Counted from the first letter of the stretch, positions 40,308-51,985 are shown. The stretch: DNA of 64,000 bases from Polyangiaceae bacterium (GCA_044376115.1 JBILLK010000024.1:96001-160000); one strand, 5' to 3'. Notes: a model not told the origin generated them from the letters alone. Made by a program: numbers and translations.

Positions 40308-41336
40308 TCAGGCCTGTGCCTGCTGCGTCTTCCAGCGCTCGAGCAACTGAGACCAGTTGTCAATCTTGAGCCCAAGTGACAGCCCCATGCTCGCAAGGAT
40401 CTCTTTGATCTCCTTGAGCGACTTCCGGCCAAAATTCTTGGTCTTGAGCATGTCCTGCTCCGAGCGCTGAACCAACTCGCCGATCAGCGTGATGTTCGCG
40501 TTCTGCAGGCAGTTCGCCGAGCGTACGCTCAGCTCGAGTTCCTCGACCGAGCGGAAGAGGTTCTCGTTGAGCGGCTCATCTTCGCTGGAGGTCGACTGGT
40601 AGCTCGTCTCCTCGGTCTCCTCGAAGTTGATCCAGATGCTCAACTGCTCCTTCAAGATTTTGGCGGCGAACGCAACAGCGTCGGCCGGCTTGACGGCACC
40701 GTTGGTCCACACGTCCAAGGTGAGCTTGTCGTAATCCGTGACCTGCCCGACGCGCGCATTCTGCACGGTGAAGTTCACTTTGCGGATGGGCGAGAAGAGA
40801 GCGTCCACCGGGATCGTCCCGATGGCCATGGTGGCGGTCTTGTTGCGGTCTGCTGCCGACCAACCTCGGCCGACGTTAACCGTCAGCTCCATCGAGAGCG
40901 GGCCCTTCTTGTCAAGCACCGCGATCAGGTGGTCGGGATTGAGTACTTCCAGCCCATCAACGGCCTGAATGTCTTTGGCGTAGACGGGGCCGGGGCCCTC
41001 CTTCTCGACGCGGACCGTGTAGGTCTTTGCCTGTGCAGCCTTGAACACAACCTCTTTGAGGTTGAGGATCAAATCGCTGACATCCTCAACGACATCCGGC
41101 ACCGTGGTGAACTCGTGCAACGCACCCTCGATGCGGACTGCGGTGATAGCAGCGCCCTGCAAAGAGGAGAGAAGCACGCGCCGAAGCGAATTGCCGATGG
41201 TCGTCCCGAACCCGCGCTCGAGCGGCTCAGCCACAAAGCGTCCGTGGAACTCGCTCGCACCCTCGGGGTCCAGCGTGATGCTCTTCGGCCGGATTAGGTC
41301 GCGCCAATTACGTGAAATCATCGTCATGTTCGACAT
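40308..41336 (-). CDS. rpoA: RNA polymerase subunit alpha
   Basis: [44 protein letters not shown]. Confidence 0.98.
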   Translation of the reverse strand: MSNMTMISRNWRDLIRPKSITLDPEGASEFHGRFVAEPLERGFGTTIGNSLRRVLLSSLQGAAITAVRIEGALHEFTTVPDVVEDVSDLILNLKEVVFKAAQAKTYTVRVEKEGPGPVYAKDIQAVDGLEVLNPDHLIAVLDKKGPLSMELTVNVGRGWSAADRNKTATMAIGTIPVDALFSPIRKVNFTVQNARVGQVTDYDKLTLDVWTNGAVKPADAVAFAAKILKEQLSIWINFEETEETSYQSTSSEDEPLNENLFRSVEELELSVRSANCLQNANITLIGELVQRSEQDMLKTKNFGRKSLKEIKEILASMGLSLGLKIDNWSQLLERWKTQQAQA

Positions 41337-41455
41337 CGTGGGCTCCACAGAAAGGGTTCGAGCTAGGTCCCATGAGCTGCTCCGCACTCGAAGCAGCCCA
41401 CCGCCATCACCCGTCAAGACAACTTCATGAGACGAACCGCCGAGGCGGTTCCCGA

Positions 41456-42085
41456 CTAGCGTGAGTAGTACTCGACCACCAGCTGCTCGCGAATCTCGGG
41501 CTCGTTCAACTCCTCACGTGCGGGAGCGCCCTTGATCGTGAAGGAAAGACCAGCCTTGTCGATCTCAATCCAGGAGGCGGGGTTGCGCTTCTCGGAGGCT
41601 GCAACCGCGGCCAAGACCTTCGCGAACTTCTTTGCTTCCTCAACCAGCTCCAGCTTTTCGCCGTTGCGGAGGACGTAGCTGGGAATGTCGACTCGCTTGC
41701 CGTTGATCTTCACGTGACCGTGACGAACCAACTGGCGAGCCTCCGAACGCGACCCGGCAAAACCAGCGCGGTAAACGGCGTTGTCCAACCGACGCTCAAG
41801 CAAGGAGAGCATCTCCTCGCCCGTGCGGCCTTTGCGCCGGCTCGCCTCTTGGTAGTAGCCTTGGAACTGACGCTCGAGAACGCCGTAAACACGACGAACC
41901 TTTTGCTTCTCACGGAGACGCACGGCGTACTCGCTCAGCTTGATACGGCCTTGCCCATGCTGCCCGGGCGGATAGGGGCGACGGGTGAAGGCGCATTTCT
42001 CCGAGTAGCAGCGCTCCCCCTTGAGGTAGAGCTTCATACCTTCGCGACGACAGAGCTTGCAGACCGGACCAACGTAACGAGCCAT
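41456..42085 (-). CDS. rpsD: 30S ribosomal protein uS4 (Zn-binding form)
   Basis: [16 protein letters not shown]...LREKQK...LERRLDN...VVEYYSR. Confidence 0.98.
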   Translation of the reverse strand: MARYVGPVCKLCRREGMKLYLKGERCYSEKCAFTRRPYPPGQHGQGRIKLSEYAVRLREKQKVRRVYGVLERQFQGYYQEASRRKGRTGEEMLSLLERRLDNAVYRAGFAGSRSEARQLVRHGHVKINGKRVDIPSYVLRNGEKLELVEEAKKFAKVLAAVAASEKRNPASWIEIDKAGLSFTIKGAPAREELNEPEIREQLVVEYYSR

Positions 42086-42188
42086 AACCTAACTTCCTCA
42101 CAACCGCAGAAAAGCGCCACTGACGAGGAACCCTCGTCAATCGCAGAGCAAGCCACCTAACGGTGAACCCGTGGGAAAAACCGATGCC

Positions 42189-42587
42189 TCAGACGCGCCG
42201 ACGCTTGGGCGGCCTGCAACCGTTATGCGGAATCGGCGTCACGTCGCGAATCAGCGTCACCTTGAACCCGGCAGTCTGAAGCGCTCGCAGCGCGCTCTCT
42301 CGACCGGCGCCCGGCCCCTTAACGAAGACAGCAACCGAGCGCATGCCATGCTCTTGCGCCTTGCGGGCAGCTTCCTCGGCGGCGAGCTGCGCTGCAAAGG
42401 GCGTCGACTTGCGTGAGCCCTTGAAGCCGCGAGCACCAGCCGAAGACCAAGCAACGGCGTTGCCGTTGATGTCCGTGATCGTCACGACGGTGTTGTTAAA
42501 CGTGGATTGGATGTGAGCAATCCCCGCAGCGACGTTCTTTTTGACCTTCTTCTTCTGCTTGGTCTTAGCTGTTTTCGGCGTGGCCAT
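42189..42587 (-). CDS. rpsK: 30S ribosomal protein uS11
   Basis: [38 protein letters not shown]. Confidence 0.98.
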   Translation of the reverse strand: MATPKTAKTKQKKKVKKNVAAGIAHIQSTFNNTVVTITDINGNAVAWSSAGARGFKGSRKSTPFAAQLAAEEAARKAQEHGMRSVAVFVKGPGAGRESALRALQTAGFKVTLIRDVTPIPHNGCRPPKRRRV

Positions 42588-42618
42588 GACGTTCCGCTTC
42601 CTTCTGTTGACTCGAAAA

Positions 42619-43002
42619 TTACTTCTTCACGGGGGTGGGTCGGCGGGCAACCATGCCCTTGCGCGGCCCCTTGCGCGTACGCGCGTTCGTATGGGTACGC
42701 TGTCCGTGAACCGGCAGACCCTTTCGATGACGGAGACCTCGGTAGCAGCCCAGGTCCATCAATCGCTTGATGTTCATCTGAACCTCGCGGCGAAGATCAC
42801 CCTCGACCTTGTAATCCGCATCGAGCACTTCGCGGATGGCTTTCACGTCGTTGTCGGAGAGCTCCTCGACGCGCTTGTTCTCGGGGATGCCAGTCTTTGC
42901 ACAGATCTCCCGCGCCGTCTTCGGACCAATTCCGTAGAGGTAGGGTAGCGCAAAGGCCAAGTGCTTACGTCGGGGGAGGTCAACGCCTGCGATACGTGCC
43001 AT
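42619..43002 (-). CDS. rpsM: 30S ribosomal protein uS13
   Basis: [10 protein letters not shown]...[28 protein letters not shown]. Confidence 0.98.
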   Translation of the reverse strand: MARIAGVDLPRRKHLAFALPYLYGIGPKTAREICAKTGIPENKRVEELSDNDVKAIREVLDADYKVEGDLRREVQMNIKRLMDLGCYRGLRHRKGLPVHGQRTHTNARTRKGPRKGMVARRPTPVKK

Positions 43003-43063
43003 TTCCAGATTCCTTCGGAGCTATCGAGCGAGGTTGAGAGCGATCAAGGCGGTGCCTAAGATC

Positions 43064-43183
43064 TCAGTTGCCCTGCCGCTGCTTGTGGCGGGGGTTCTTC
43101 TTGCAGATGATGCGCACCACGCCCTTGCGGCGCACAACGATGCAGCTAGTACAAATCTTCTTAACGCTGGGTCTGACCTTCAT
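43064..43183 (-). CDS. rpmJ: 50S ribosomal protein bL36
   Basis: Not in the ORF track; hand translation [39 protein letters not shown]. Confidence 0.97.
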   Translation of the reverse strand: MKVRPSVKKICTSCIVVRRKGVVRIICKKNPRHKQRQGN

Positions 43184-43259
43184 GACTGCCTCTAACAGAT
43201 GAGCCGGTTCGCGAAAGCGGTTGTGTCCGATGCCACAAAAACCGCCGCGCGAATACTGT

Positions 43260-43520
43260 TCACTTATGCCTGTACGTAATTCTTCCGCGGCTGGGGTCGT
43301 AGGGAGATACCTCGACCGTCACTCGATCCCCGGGCAGGATCTTGATGTAGTACTGCCGCATGCGACCGGAGATGGTCGCCAAGACGTCGAGACCGTTGTC
43401 GGCCGAGACGCGAAACATTGCGTTGGGCAACGCTTCTTGCACCACACCGTCGAACTCGAGCTTGTCGCCCTTGGGTTCTTTCGGCCCGGTACTCGTCCGG
43501 TTGGCCTTACCGCGCTTCAA
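43260..43520 (-). CDS. infA: Translation initiation factor IF-1
   Basis: [14 protein letters not shown]...[36 protein letters not shown] start overlaps the adk stop. Confidence 0.96.
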   Translation of the reverse strand: MKRGKANRTSTGPKEPKGDKLEFDGVVQEALPNAMFRVSADNGLDVLATISGRMRQYYIKILPGDRVTVEVSPYDPSRGRITYRHK

Positions 43521-44167
43521 GTTGCTTTCTCCTCGCCGGAGGCAGCAGCGCTGCCCAAAGCTCTCTCGATTCGTTGAGTGATGTCCGCCGCAGCACCGAC
43601 CCCATCAACCCGCCGAAGCAGGCCTTTCGCGTCGTAATATGGGAGGAGCGCAGCAGTCTGAGCCTCGTAGGCATCCTGCCGCCGGGCCACCGTGGCCGGC
43701 TTGTCATCCTCGCGGTGCTCCAAGTCTGCATCCGCCGGAGGCGGGTTGTAGACCAGGTGGTAGATCTTACCGGTGTTCCGGTCGGTCCTACGATTCACCA
43801 AGCGCTCCTCAAGGAGCTCCCTCGGTACGTCCAATTGAACCACCGCGTCGAGGGCGACGCCGCGAGTCCCAAGAAGAGCCGCGAGGCCGTCTGCCTGGGG
43901 CACCGTCCGCGGGAAACCGTCCAGTAGGAAGCCTGACTTCGTGTCGGCGTCCTCCAAGCGACGCTCGATCAGGCCGAGAATCGCCTCATCCGGAACGAGG
44001 CCCCCAGAATCCATGATCGCTAGATATTTGGGGTCGAGCGTGCCAGCGCGCTTCGCAGCACGCAGCATGTCACCTGTTGAAATCTGAGGAATACCAAAGC
44101 GCTTGCAGATGAACTCCGCTTGCGTTCCTTTACCCGACCCCGGGGGCCCGACGAGTATCACAATCAT
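43517..44167 (-). CDS. adk: Adenylate kinase
   Basis: [28 protein letters not shown]. Confidence 0.97.
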   Translation of the reverse strand: MIVILVGPPGSGKGTQAEFICKRFGIPQISTGDMLRAAKRAGTLDPKYLAIMDSGGLVPDEAILGLIERRLEDADTKSGFLLDGFPRTVPQADGLAALLGTRGVALDAVVQLDVPRELLEERLVNRRTDRNTGKIYHLVYNPPPADADLEHREDDKPATVARRQDAYEAQTAALLPYYDAKGLLRRVDGVGAAADITQRIERALGSAAASGEEKAT

Positions 44168-45513
44168 GCTTGTTCCCCCCCCGACTCCACAAGTCGTCGA
44201 GCGCGGAGACGGCCACCGCCACCTGCATTCGTAAGACCCTCGTAATTGCGGGTGATCAAGTGGGCCTCAATCTGGTTTGCTGTGTCGAGTGCGACGCCGC
44301 AAACAATCATCAAGGAGGTTCCCCAATAGGTCATTTGCTGGTCGAGCAACCATGCCGCAATGACGTCGGTCGCTACACAAACCGCGGCGACATAAGCTGC
44401 GCCACCAACGGTGATTCGCTGCACCACCGCGTAGATATAATCTGCGGTTTGCTTGCCGGGACGAATGCCAGGGACGTTCGCCTGTTGCTTCTTGAGATTC
44501 TCCGCCACGTCCACTGCCTGAAAGGAGATGTTCGTGTAGAAGAAGCAGAAGAAGACGATCAGCAGCACGTAGAGGGTGTTGAACAGCCAGCCACCACGAT
44601 TGATTATGCCGATCAGTCTGTCGACGCCGGGAATCTTGAATGATGCGAGGGTGGCAGGCAGCTGCAATAGAGTCGAAGCGAAGATCGGCGGGATGGTGCC
44701 GGCGACATTCACCTTGAGCGGGAGGTGCGTATTCTGGGCGCCGTACAGCCTTCGACCCACCTGACGCCGGGAGTAAACAATGGGAATCTGCCGGCGCCCG
44801 TTCTCGAAGAACACAACCGTCGCGATCAACCCCACGACACAGACCAGGAACAACATCACCGGAAGCGGCTGAAAGTCCCCGCTCTTCGCCTGAATGTAGT
44901 TGCCAGCTGCGTTCGGTATCGCGGTGACGATGCTCGCGAAGATCAGCATGCTCGTGCCATTCGAGACACCGCGCTCGGTGATCTGCTCACCGACCCACAT
45001 CAGGAACGCAGTGCCCGTGGTCAGCGTGATCATCGTCATGATCCTGAAGCTGTAGCCGGGATCGATAACCACTCCGGCGCCACCCTCCAAGCCCGCGACG
45101 CCTTCCAGCATCTTGGCCATGGTGAATGACTGAAAGAGGGAGATCGCGATCGTCCCATAGCGCGTGTACTGATCGAGCTTACGACGGCCGGCCTCGCCTT
45201 CCTTCCGCATCTCTGCGAGCGGAGGGTAGACCATGCCCATGAGCTGCATGATGATCGATGCCGAGATATACGGCATGATCCCGAGTGCGAAGATCGACAT
45301 CTGCTCGAGCGCGCCGCCCGAAAACAGATTGAAGAACCCGAGCAAGCCACCCTGTTGGCTCTGCACGTAGCTCTTCATGGCGTTCCGATCTACGCCAGGC
45401 GTCGTGATGAACACGCCGACCCGGTAGACCGCGAGCATCATGAGAGTGAACAACACCCTCCGCCGGAGATCCGGAAGCTTGTGGAAGTTGCTTATGCCCG
45501 CAAGAGACGCCAT
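44164..45513 (-). CDS. secY: Preprotein translocase SecY
   Basis: SIFALGIMPYISASIIMQL, WVGEQITERGVSNG, PGIRPGKQT. Confidence 0.98.
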   Translation of the reverse strand: MASLAGISNFHKLPDLRRRVLFTLMMLAVYRVGVFITTPGVDRNAMKSYVQSQQGGLLGFFNLFSGGALEQMSIFALGIMPYISASIIMQLMGMVYPPLAEMRKEGEAGRRKLDQYTRYGTIAISLFQSFTMAKMLEGVAGLEGGAGVVIDPGYSFRIMTMITLTTGTAFLMWVGEQITERGVSNGTSMLIFASIVTAIPNAAGNYIQAKSGDFQPLPVMLFLVCVVGLIATVVFFENGRRQIPIVYSRRQVGRRLYGAQNTHLPLKVNVAGTIPPIFASTLLQLPATLASFKIPGVDRLIGIINRGGWLFNTLYVLLIVFFCFFYTNISFQAVDVAENLKKQQANVPGIRPGKQTADYIYAVVQRITVGGAAYVAAVCVATDVIAAWLLDQQMTYWGTSLMIVCGVALDTANQIEAHLITRNYEGLTNAGGGGRLRARRLVESGGEQA

Positions 45514-45534
45514 GAAGGGAGAGCCTTAGTCCAA

Positions 45535-46041
45535 TCAGCCTTCGGCGGCTGCGGTCTTCTGCGGGGTGCGCGGCAATTCAACAATTGAACCGCCAACGGC
45601 CGCGATCTTATCAGCAGCAGACTGCGAGAATCGGTGAGCTGAGACAGTGAGCTTCTTGGTCAACTCGCCGTCGCCAAGGAGCTTCACCAAAACGCGCGCC
45701 TTCACGAGGTCTTCCAACCGCCCACGAACAAGACGAACCTTGTGCATGGCAGCGAGGTCGACCGTGGCGCCTGCCTCAAACACAGCCTCAAGGTCACCTA
45801 CGTTGACCTCAAAGACCGGCGTCGCCAGCGGATTGCGAAAGCCGCGCTTCGGAAGACGACGCTGCATGGGCGTCTGTCCACCTTGGAAGTGCTTCTTGTT
45901 GATGTTGCCCTTCGAACGAGCTTTTTGGCCCTTCTGGCCACGCGTGGCGGTCTTGCCGTGCCCCGAGCCGGGACCACGTCCAACACGCTTCTTCTCGCGA
46001 ACAGCACCTTCGGGTGCACGAAGTTTAGAAAGGATGTCCAT
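45535..46041 (-). CDS. rplO: 50S ribosomal protein uL15
   Basis: RVGRGPGSGHGKTATRGQKGQKAR, FQGGQTPMQRRLPKRGF. Confidence 0.97.
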   Translation of the reverse strand: MDILSKLRAPEGAVREKKRVGRGPGSGHGKTATRGQKGQKARSKGNINKKHFQGGQTPMQRRLPKRGFRNPLATPVFEVNVGDLEAVFEAGATVDLAAMHKVRLVRGRLEDLVKARVLVKLLGDGELTKKLTVSAHRFSQSAADKIAAVGGSIVELPRTPQKTAAAEG

Positions 46042-46043
46042 GG

Positions 46044-46235
46044 CTACTTCTTCTCGACCTCTTCCACCTCGAGGAGGTGGATGACTTTCTTCACCATTCC
46101 CCGAAAGGACGGTGTGTTGGCCACGACAACATGAGACCCCGGTCCACGAAGCCCAAGGCCAGCGGCCACCTTGCGCAACTTAACGGGAACCCCAATCGTG
46201 CTCTTCTTCTGGCTCACCTTGAGGAACGGTTTCAC
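46044..46235 (-). CDS. rpmD: 50S ribosomal protein uL30
   Basis: KSTIG...GLGLR...[12 protein letters not shown]; located between rpsE and rplO. Confidence 0.93.
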   Translation of the reverse strand: MKPFLKVSQKKSTIGVPVKLRKVAAGLGLRGPGSHVVVANTPSFRGMVKKVIHLLEVEEVEKK

Positions 46236-46810
46236 GATGCACCGCCTTCAGCTTTCGGGGGAGCCATAGAGGCTCGCTTCTTGACCGTGATGCTGCCCGC
46301 TTGCTTCGAGACGTACCCGAGCGAGTCGGCCGACACGGATCGCTTTGCGGCGAACTGCTCCAAGCTCTTCAGTTGGTGAAGGGCCTCGATCGTCGCGTGA
46401 ACGATGTTGTGCTTGTTGCTCGTTCCCAACGACTTCGTGAGGATGTCGTGAATACCGGCAGACTCAACAACCGCGCGAACTGCACCGCCAGCAATAACGC
46501 CAGTTCCAGGACTCGCGGGCTTCAACAGCACCTTACCGGCCCCAACGTGTCCGTACACGTCGTGGGGAATGGTCGTGCCATCCAGCGGGACCTTGAACAA
46601 GTTCTTACGAGCTTGGTCGTTGCCCTTGCGAATGGCCTCCGGGACCTCGTTGGCTTTGCCGAGGCCAACACCGACGTGTCCGGCCTCATCACCAACCACC
46701 ACAAGCGCTGAAAAGCTGAACCGCCGGCCGCCTTTGACGACCTTAGCAACGCGGTTGATGTGGATAACTCGTTCTTTGAGTTTCTCTTCGTCGATTTGAT
46801 CGAACGCCAT
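46232..46810 (-). CDS. rpsE: 30S ribosomal protein uS5
   Basis: [36 protein letters not shown]. Confidence 0.98.
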   Translation of the reverse strand: MAFDQIDEEKLKERVIHINRVAKVVKGGRRFSFSALVVVGDEAGHVGVGLGKANEVPEAIRKGNDQARKNLFKVPLDGTTIPHDVYGHVGAGKVLLKPASPGTGVIAGGAVRAVVESAGIHDILTKSLGTSNKHNIVHATIEALHQLKSLEQFAAKRSVSADSLGYVSKQAGSITVKKRASMAPPKAEGGAS

Positions 46811-46828
46811 GACCAACTCCCGTTAGGA

Positions 46829-47188
46829 CTAAAACTCGAGGCCGGCGTCGCGCGCGGCCTGAGCAAGCGCGGAAATGCGCCCGTGGTAGAGGTAGCCGTT
46901 GCGATCGAAGACGACTTTCTCGATCCCCTTCGACTTGCAAATCTTTGCGATTAAGGAGCCAACCTTCTTGGCAGCATCGGACTTCGTGTCCTCCGATAGC
47001 GTGCCCCGTAGGTCCTTCGTCAGGGTCGAGGCGTGCGCCAAGGTCTGTCCTTTGACGTCGTCGATAACCTGCACATAGATGTGCTTTGCCGTGCGAAACA
47101 CGGAAAGCCGCGGCCGGGACTCCGTCCCATTGACCTTCTTGCGGATGCGAAGCTTGCGGCGCTCGCGGCCGACGATTCTCATGGCCAT
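46829..47188 (-). CDS. rplR: 50S ribosomal protein uL18
   Basis: RPRLSVFR...HIYVQVIDD...[13 protein letters not shown]. Confidence 0.97.
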   Translation of the reverse strand: MAMRIVGRERRKLRIRKKVNGTESRPRLSVFRTAKHIYVQVIDDVKGQTLAHASTLTKDLRGTLSEDTKSDAAKKVGSLIAKICKSKGIEKVVFDRNGYLYHGRISALAQAARDAGLEF

Positions 47189-47190
47189 GA

Positions 47191-47769
47191 CTACTTCTTT
47201 CCGCCCTTTCCGGCCTTACCAGCCTTCTCGCGGACAGCCTCACCCTTGTAACGAACGCCCTTGCCACCGTAAGGCTCCGGTGGACGGAACCCGCGAATGG
47301 TGGCTGCCGTCTGACCAATCAAACCCTTGTCAGAGCCGGTCAAGATCAGCTGAGTACCCTTCGACTCCGCGGGGATGTTTGCGTTGATTCCCTTGGGAAG
47401 AGGAAACACAACGGGGTGGGAGAAGCCGAGTGCAAAGTGGAGCACCTGCCCCTTGGCCTCAACGCGGTAGCCGGTTCCCTTCAGTTCCAGCTCGCGAGTG
47501 TAACCTTCGGAGGTCCCCTTCACCGCGCAGGACAGTAGCGCCCAGTGCAAGCCCTGCAGACGAGCGCCATCGCGCCCGGGTGCAGAACTCGACACGAGCA
47601 AGCTCGAACCTTCCAGCTTCACAGTGACCTGGTCGCTAAGGGAGTGCGTGAGCTCGCCCTTGGGACCCTTCACAACGATTCCGGTAGCTCCGATGGTTGC
47701 AGTGACGCCCTTCGGGAGCGGGATAGGCCGCTTGCCGATGCGTGACGTCTTGGTTTCAAGAGCAGTCAT
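47191..47769 (-). CDS. rplF: 50S ribosomal protein uL6
   Basis: [36 protein letters not shown]. Confidence 0.97.
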   Translation of the reverse strand: MTALETKTSRIGKRPIPLPKGVTATIGATGIVVKGPKGELTHSLSDQVTVKLEGSSLLVSSSAPGRDGARLQGLHWALLSCAVKGTSEGYTRELELKGTGYRVEAKGQVLHFALGFSHPVVFPLPKGINANIPAESKGTQLILTGSDKGLIGQTAATIRGFRPPEPYGGKGVRYKGEAVREKAGKAGKGGKK

Positions 47770-48170
47770 CACCACACCTCGCAGATCAGCTCTCCGCCGA
47801 GGCGGAGACGTCGAGCGTCTCGGTCGCACACCAGGCCCTGCGAGGTGCTCAGGATTGAAATCCCGAGACCGGCGAGAACCTTGGGGATGCGATCGTGGGG
47901 GACGTAAACTCGCCGACCAGGGCGCGAAATCCGGCGGACGCCGTCAATCGCGCTCGTTCGGTCGCGGCCGTACTTGAGTACGATCGTGAGCTTGCGGTCT
48001 TTTGCTTCCTCTTCCGAAGAGCTCTGAACGTCAGCGACGTAGCCCTCCGCTTTGAGGATGTTCGCCACAGCAACCTTCATCCGGCTCTGGGGCAGTTCAA
48101 TCCGGTCGTGACGCGCGAGCGCGCCGTTGCGGATTCGGGTCAGCATGTCGGCAATGGGATCGGTCATCAT
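47769..48170 (-). CDS. rpsH: 30S ribosomal protein uS8
   Basis: MTDPIADMLTRIRNG, ISRPGRRVY, GGELICEVW. Confidence 0.98.
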   Translation of the reverse strand: MMTDPIADMLTRIRNGALARHDRIELPQSRMKVAVANILKAEGYVADVQSSSEEEAKDRKLTIVLKYGRDRTSAIDGVRRISRPGRRVYVPHDRIPKVLAGLGISILSTSQGLVCDRDARRLRLGGELICEVW

Positions 48171-48174
48171 TGGA

Positions 48175-48360
48175 TCACCAGCTCGCTTTGATGACCCCGG
48201 GCAGTTCGCCACGGAGTGAGTAAACGCGGAGGCACACCCTGCAGAGCTCGAAGTCGCGGTAGTAGCCGCGCGAACGCCCGCAGACCTTGCAGCGGTTGCG
48301 ATGTCGGGTCGAGAACTTGGGTGGACGATTCAACTTTGCGAAGTCTTTTGCACTAGCCAT
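48175..48360 (-). CDS. rpsN: 30S ribosomal protein uS14, type Z
   Basis: RCKVCGR...LCRVCLR...[11 protein letters not shown]. Confidence 0.97.
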   Translation of the reverse strand: MASAKDFAKLNRPPKFSTRHRNRCKVCGRSRGYYRDFELCRVCLRVYSLRGELPGVIKASW

Positions 48361-48399
48361 GGGGATCTTTCCGGCCTTCCGAGGATCTTAACTGCGCGC

Positions 48400-49089
48400 T
48401 CAGGCCCGAAACGGCATGCCCAGCTCCGTGAGGAGGGCACGGCCTTCTTCGTCCGTACGCGCGGTGGTGACGAAGGAGATGTTCATTCCCTTCGTGACGT
48501 CGATCTTGTCGTAGTCGATCTCGGGGAAGATGATTTGGTCCTTCAAGCCCATCGTGAAATTGCCTCGACCATCGAAGCCACGTGAGCTGACGCCCTTGAA
48601 GTCACGGACGCGCGGGAGCGCCAACGACACCAAACGATCAAGAAACTCCCACATGCGACGGCGGCGGAGCGTGACGGTCACGCCGATCGGCAGGTTCTCG
48701 CGGAGTTTAAACGACGCGATCGACTTGCGAGAGCGGCGGATCACCGGTTGTTGACCAGTGATTGCACGGACCTCTTCGACCGCTGAGTCGATAATCTTCG
48801 GGTTCCCGACGGCGGCGCCGAGTCCCATGTTGAGCACGATCTTCTGCAGCCGAGGCAGCATCATCGCGTTGGAGTAGTTGAACTTCTTCGTCAGGGCAGC
48901 GGATTGGGCGATGTATCGCGCCTTCATCCGGGGGACGTAGTTCGGGTCAACCGGCTCGGCCGCTTGGACCTCTACCGGTGCCGCAGCGGGTTTCGCTTTG
49001 GCCTTGGCTTTTGCGCCGGCGTCCCCTTTGGGGGCTGCCGGTTTTGACGCCTTGGGCGCCTTCTCTTTTGCGTCGTCCTTCTTTGCCAT
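48400..49089 (-). CDS. rplE: 50S ribosomal protein uL5 with N-terminal Ala/Lys/Pro extension
   Basis: [33 protein letters not shown]; start ATG 49089. Confidence 0.97.
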   Translation of the reverse strand: MAKKDDAKEKAPKASKPAAPKGDAGAKAKAKAKPAAAPVEVQAAEPVDPNYVPRMKARYIAQSAALTKKFNYSNAMMLPRLQKIVLNMGLGAAVGNPKIIDSAVEEVRAITGQQPVIRRSRKSIASFKLRENLPIGVTVTLRRRRMWEFLDRLVSLALPRVRDFKGVSSRGFDGRGNFTMGLKDQIIFPEIDYDKIDVTKGMNISFVTTARTDEEGRALLTELGMPFRA

Positions 49090-49096
49090 GGCTAAC

Positions 49097-49417
49097 CTAC
49101 TTGCTTGCCTCAATGACGGCGCCGCTCTTGGTGGCGACTCGAACCTTCTTGCCGTCCTTCTCGACGAACCGCACGCGCGTCGGCTTCTTGGACTCGGGGT
49201 CCAGGAGCGCCAGTTTTGACACGTGGATCGGAGCTTCGATCGTGATCTTGCCGCCCTGTTGGTTGCGGGCGTTCGGCTTCTGGTGCTTCGTTCGCAGGTT
49301 GATACCTTCGACCACCGCGCGGTCCTCATCGAGGATGAGCTTGGTGATGGTTCCCTGCTTGCCCTTGTCGTCGCCGCTGATGATTTGGACGACGTCTCCT
49401 ACCTTAAGCCGCTGCAT
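49097..49417 (-). CDS. rplX: 50S ribosomal protein uL24
   Basis: [31 protein letters not shown]. Confidence 0.97.
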   Translation of the reverse strand: MQRLKVGDVVQIISGDDKGKQGTITKLILDEDRAVVEGINLRTKHQKPNARNQQGGKITIEAPIHVSKLALLDPESKKPTRVRFVEKDGKKVRVATKSGAVIEASK

Positions 49418-49785
49418 CACAGCACCTCCGGCGCGAGGCTGATGATCTTCATGAACTTCTTCGCGCGAAGCTCCCTGGCGACTGGCCCGAAGATACGGGT
49501 GCCGACCGGCTCTTTGTCCTTGTTGATAAGGACTGCGCTGTTGACGTCAAACTTGATGTAGCTGCCGTCGCTGCGCTGGTACTCACGCACAGTACGCACG
49601 ATGACGGCTTGGGCGGTCTTGCCCTTCTGGACTTTGCTGCCCGGAGCAGCTTCTTTGATGGACACAACGATCACGTCGCCGAGCCCAGCGAACTTGCGCT
49701 TGGAACCGCCGAGAACCTTGATGCACATCACGCGGCGAGCGCCGCTGTTGTCTGCAACCTCGAGATGGGTCGATACCTGGATCAT
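49417..49785 (-). CDS. rplN: 50S ribosomal protein uL14
   Basis: VADNSGA...[13 protein letters not shown]...[10 protein letters not shown]. Confidence 0.98.
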   Translation of the reverse strand: MIQVSTHLEVADNSGARRVMCIKVLGGSKRKFAGLGDVIVVSIKEAAPGSKVQKGKTAQAVIVRTVREYQRSDGSYIKFDVNSAVLINKDKEPVGTRIFGPVARELRAKKFMKIISLAPEVL

Positions 49786-49786
49786 T

Positions 49787-50233
49787 TCACGCCTCCACCG
49801 GTCGTGAGACCAGCCGGGTCACGAGCCATCGCTTGTGCTTCGAGATCGGACGGTGCTCCATGATTTCCACCTGGTCGCCGACCTTGTAGCTGTTGCTCTC
49901 GTCGTGAGCCTTGTACTTGCTGCTCACGCGAACGTACTTCTTGTACATCGGGTTCATCGCGCGACGGATCACCTCGACCACGACGGTCTTGGTCATCTTC
50001 GCGCTCACGACGGTACCGATGATCTTGCGACGGAAGGAGTGCTCCTTCTTTGCTTCGCTCGGGACAACGGGAGCGGCGACCGGTGCCGGTGCAGCTACGG
50101 GAGTGGCAGCAGCGCTTTTCGCTTTAGCCTTGGGGCTGGCTTTCGCCGCTGCGGGAGCGACGGCTTTACCGGCTTTCGCCGGCGCGTCTTTCGCGGCTCC
50201 TGCTTTCGCAGGCTTGGTCTTCTTGTCACTCAT
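49787..50233 (-). CDS. rpsQ: 30S ribosomal protein uS17 with N-terminal Ala/Lys/Pro extension
   Basis: [14 protein letters not shown]...YKAHDE...[18 protein letters not shown]. Confidence 0.96.
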   Translation of the reverse strand: MSDKKTKPAKAGAAKDAPAKAGKAVAPAAAKASPKAKAKSAAATPVAAPAPVAAPVVPSEAKKEHSFRRKIIGTVVSAKMTKTVVVEVIRRAMNPMYKKYVRVSSKYKAHDESNSYKVGDQVEIMEHRPISKHKRWLVTRLVSRPVEA

Positions 50234-50460
50234 GATTCACTGTTCCCTTCGGGCGTCGAGCTCGTCTCCGAGCTGGCCGATCGCTGGGTGAGCAGGGTCT
50301 TCACCCGAGCGAGGTCACGACGCGTGCGACGGATGGACGCAGTGTCGTTCAAGCGGTTCGTGTAGTTCTTGAAGCGGGCCTGGAAGAGGTCGTTATGAAG
50401 CGACTTCTCGAGCTCGCTCAGCGCTTCCGTCGTGCGGTCACGGAGTTCTTTGGCTTTCAC
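50230..50460 (-). CDS. rpmC: 50S ribosomal protein uL29
   Basis: MKAKELR...LFQARF...IRRTRRDLARVKT. Confidence 0.96.
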   Translation of the reverse strand: MKAKELRDRTTEALSELEKSLHNDLFQARFKNYTNRLNDTASIRRTRRDLARVKTLLTQRSASSETSSTPEGNSES

Positions 50461-50492
50461 GGGACGTTTCCTTTGTCGTTCCTGGAGTCAGA

Positions 50493-50906
50493 TCACGCCG
50501 TGTCGCGGATGAGAAAACGGCAAGCGAGCGGGAGCTTGTGGGCGGCGAGACGGAAGGCTTCACGAGCCATCTCCTCGGGGACTCCACTGATTTCGTAGAG
50601 CACGCGGCCGGGCTTAACCACGGCTGCCCACTCCTCCGGAGCGCCTTTTCCTCCACCCATACGAACTTCCAAGGGCTTCTTGGAAATCGACTTGTCGGGG
50701 AAGATGCGGATGAACAGCTTGCCGGCGCGCTTGCAGTGACGCTGCACGGCCATACGGGCTGCCTCGATCTGGCGAGCGGTCACGCGTGACGGCTCAAGGG
50801 CTTGAAGAGCAAAGTCGCCGAAGGAGACGTCGCTGCCTGCTGTTGCCAGGCCGCGAAGGTGACCCTTCTGCATTTTCCGGTACTTGGTTCGCTTCGGAGA
50901 AAGCAT
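50493..50906 (-). CDS. rplP: 50S ribosomal protein uL16
   Basis: [33 protein letters not shown]. Confidence 0.98.
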   Translation of the reverse strand: MLSPKRTKYRKMQKGHLRGLATAGSDVSFGDFALQALEPSRVTARQIEAARMAVQRHCKRAGKLFIRIFPDKSISKKPLEVRMGGGKGAPEEWAAVVKPGRVLYEISGVPEEMAREAFRLAAHKLPLACRFLIRDTA

Positions 50907-50930
50907 GTTCGATGTCCTTCTAGCGTTGGG

Positions 50931-51620
50931 TCAGATGCGGCGCGGCTTGCGCTGCAGGACTTCGCCCTTGAAGATCCAAACTTTGACGCCGATCTGACCA
51001 ACCTTGGTCCGGGCTTCGGCGAGGCCGAACTCGATGTCGGCGCGGAGAGTGTGCAGCGGAACCCGGCCCTCGCGGTAGGCTTCCACACGGCTCATTTCGG
51101 CCCCGCCGAGACGACCGGCGCAGCGTACGCGGATGCCCTTTGCACCAAACTTCATTGCGGTGCTAACCGCCTTCTTCATCGCCCGACGGAACGCGATGCG
51201 GCGCTCGAGCTGGGTAGCGATGTTCTCGGCCACCAGTTGTGCGTTGGTCTCGGCCTTGCGGACCTCCTGCACGTCGATGAAGACCTCGTTATCAGTGAAC
51301 TTCGCCACGCCGGGGAACACTTGCTCGCCCTTCTGCGCGGTGCCGACGTTACCCGACTTGAGGATCTCGATGCCCTTGCCGCCCTTGCCGATCACCATGC
51401 CCGGACGGGCGGTGTAAACGATGACTTTGGCGCGGTTCGCCGCGCGCTCGATCTCGACGCCGGCGATGTTCGCGTTGTACAGGTACTGCTTAATCGCGCG
51501 CTTGATGCGGAGGTCCTGGTGCAGCCACTTGGTGTAGGCGCTACCGTCCTCGTACCACTTGCTGCTCCAAGTCTTGATGACCCCGACGCGGAAGCCTACG
51601 GGATGTGTCTTTTGACCCAT
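50931..51620 (-). CDS. rpsC: 30S ribosomal protein uS3
   Basis: [45 protein letters not shown]. Confidence 0.98.
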   Translation of the reverse strand: MGQKTHPVGFRVGVIKTWSSKWYEDGSAYTKWLHQDLRIKRAIKQYLYNANIAGVEIERAANRAKVIVYTARPGMVIGKGGKGIEILKSGNVGTAQKGEQVFPGVAKFTDNEVFIDVQEVRKAETNAQLVAENIATQLERRIAFRRAMKKAVSTAMKFGAKGIRVRCAGRLGGAEMSRVEAYREGRVPLHTLRADIEFGLAEARTKVGQIGVKVWIFKGEVLQRKPRRI

Positions 51621-51646
51621 GTTCTCTTAACGTCCTCTCAACGAGC

Positions 51647-51985
51647 TCAGCTCTTGTGGTCCAGTTCGATGACGATGTGGCTCACGCCCTTGGTCACGCG
51701 GGTTGCGCGGCCCATGGCACGCGGGCGCCAACGCCGCATGAAGCGGTTGGGGGCCTTGTCCACGGTGGCCTTCGAGATGAAGAGCCGATCAACGTCAGCG
51801 CCCTTTGCCTGGGCGTTCGCCACGGCGCTCTCAATGAGCTTCTTCACGACGGGTGCTGCAGCCTTGGGCGTGAACTGAAGGATCTGGATCGCCTCCGCCG
51901 CGTTCTTGCCGCGCACGAAGTTGATGATCATGCGTGCTTTGCGCGGAGCGATCCGCGAAAACATCGCACTGGCCTTGCTCTGCAT
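51647..51985 (-). CDS. rplV: 50S ribosomal protein uL22
   Basis: RIAPRKAR, KLIESAVANA, RPRAMGRA, SHIVI; AGGAG RBS before ATG 51985. Confidence 0.97.
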   Translation of the reverse strand: MQSKASAMFSRIAPRKARMIINFVRGKNAAEAIQILQFTPKAAAPVVKKLIESAVANAQAKGADVDRLFISKATVDKAPNRFMRRWRPRAMGRATRVTKGVSHIVIELDHKS

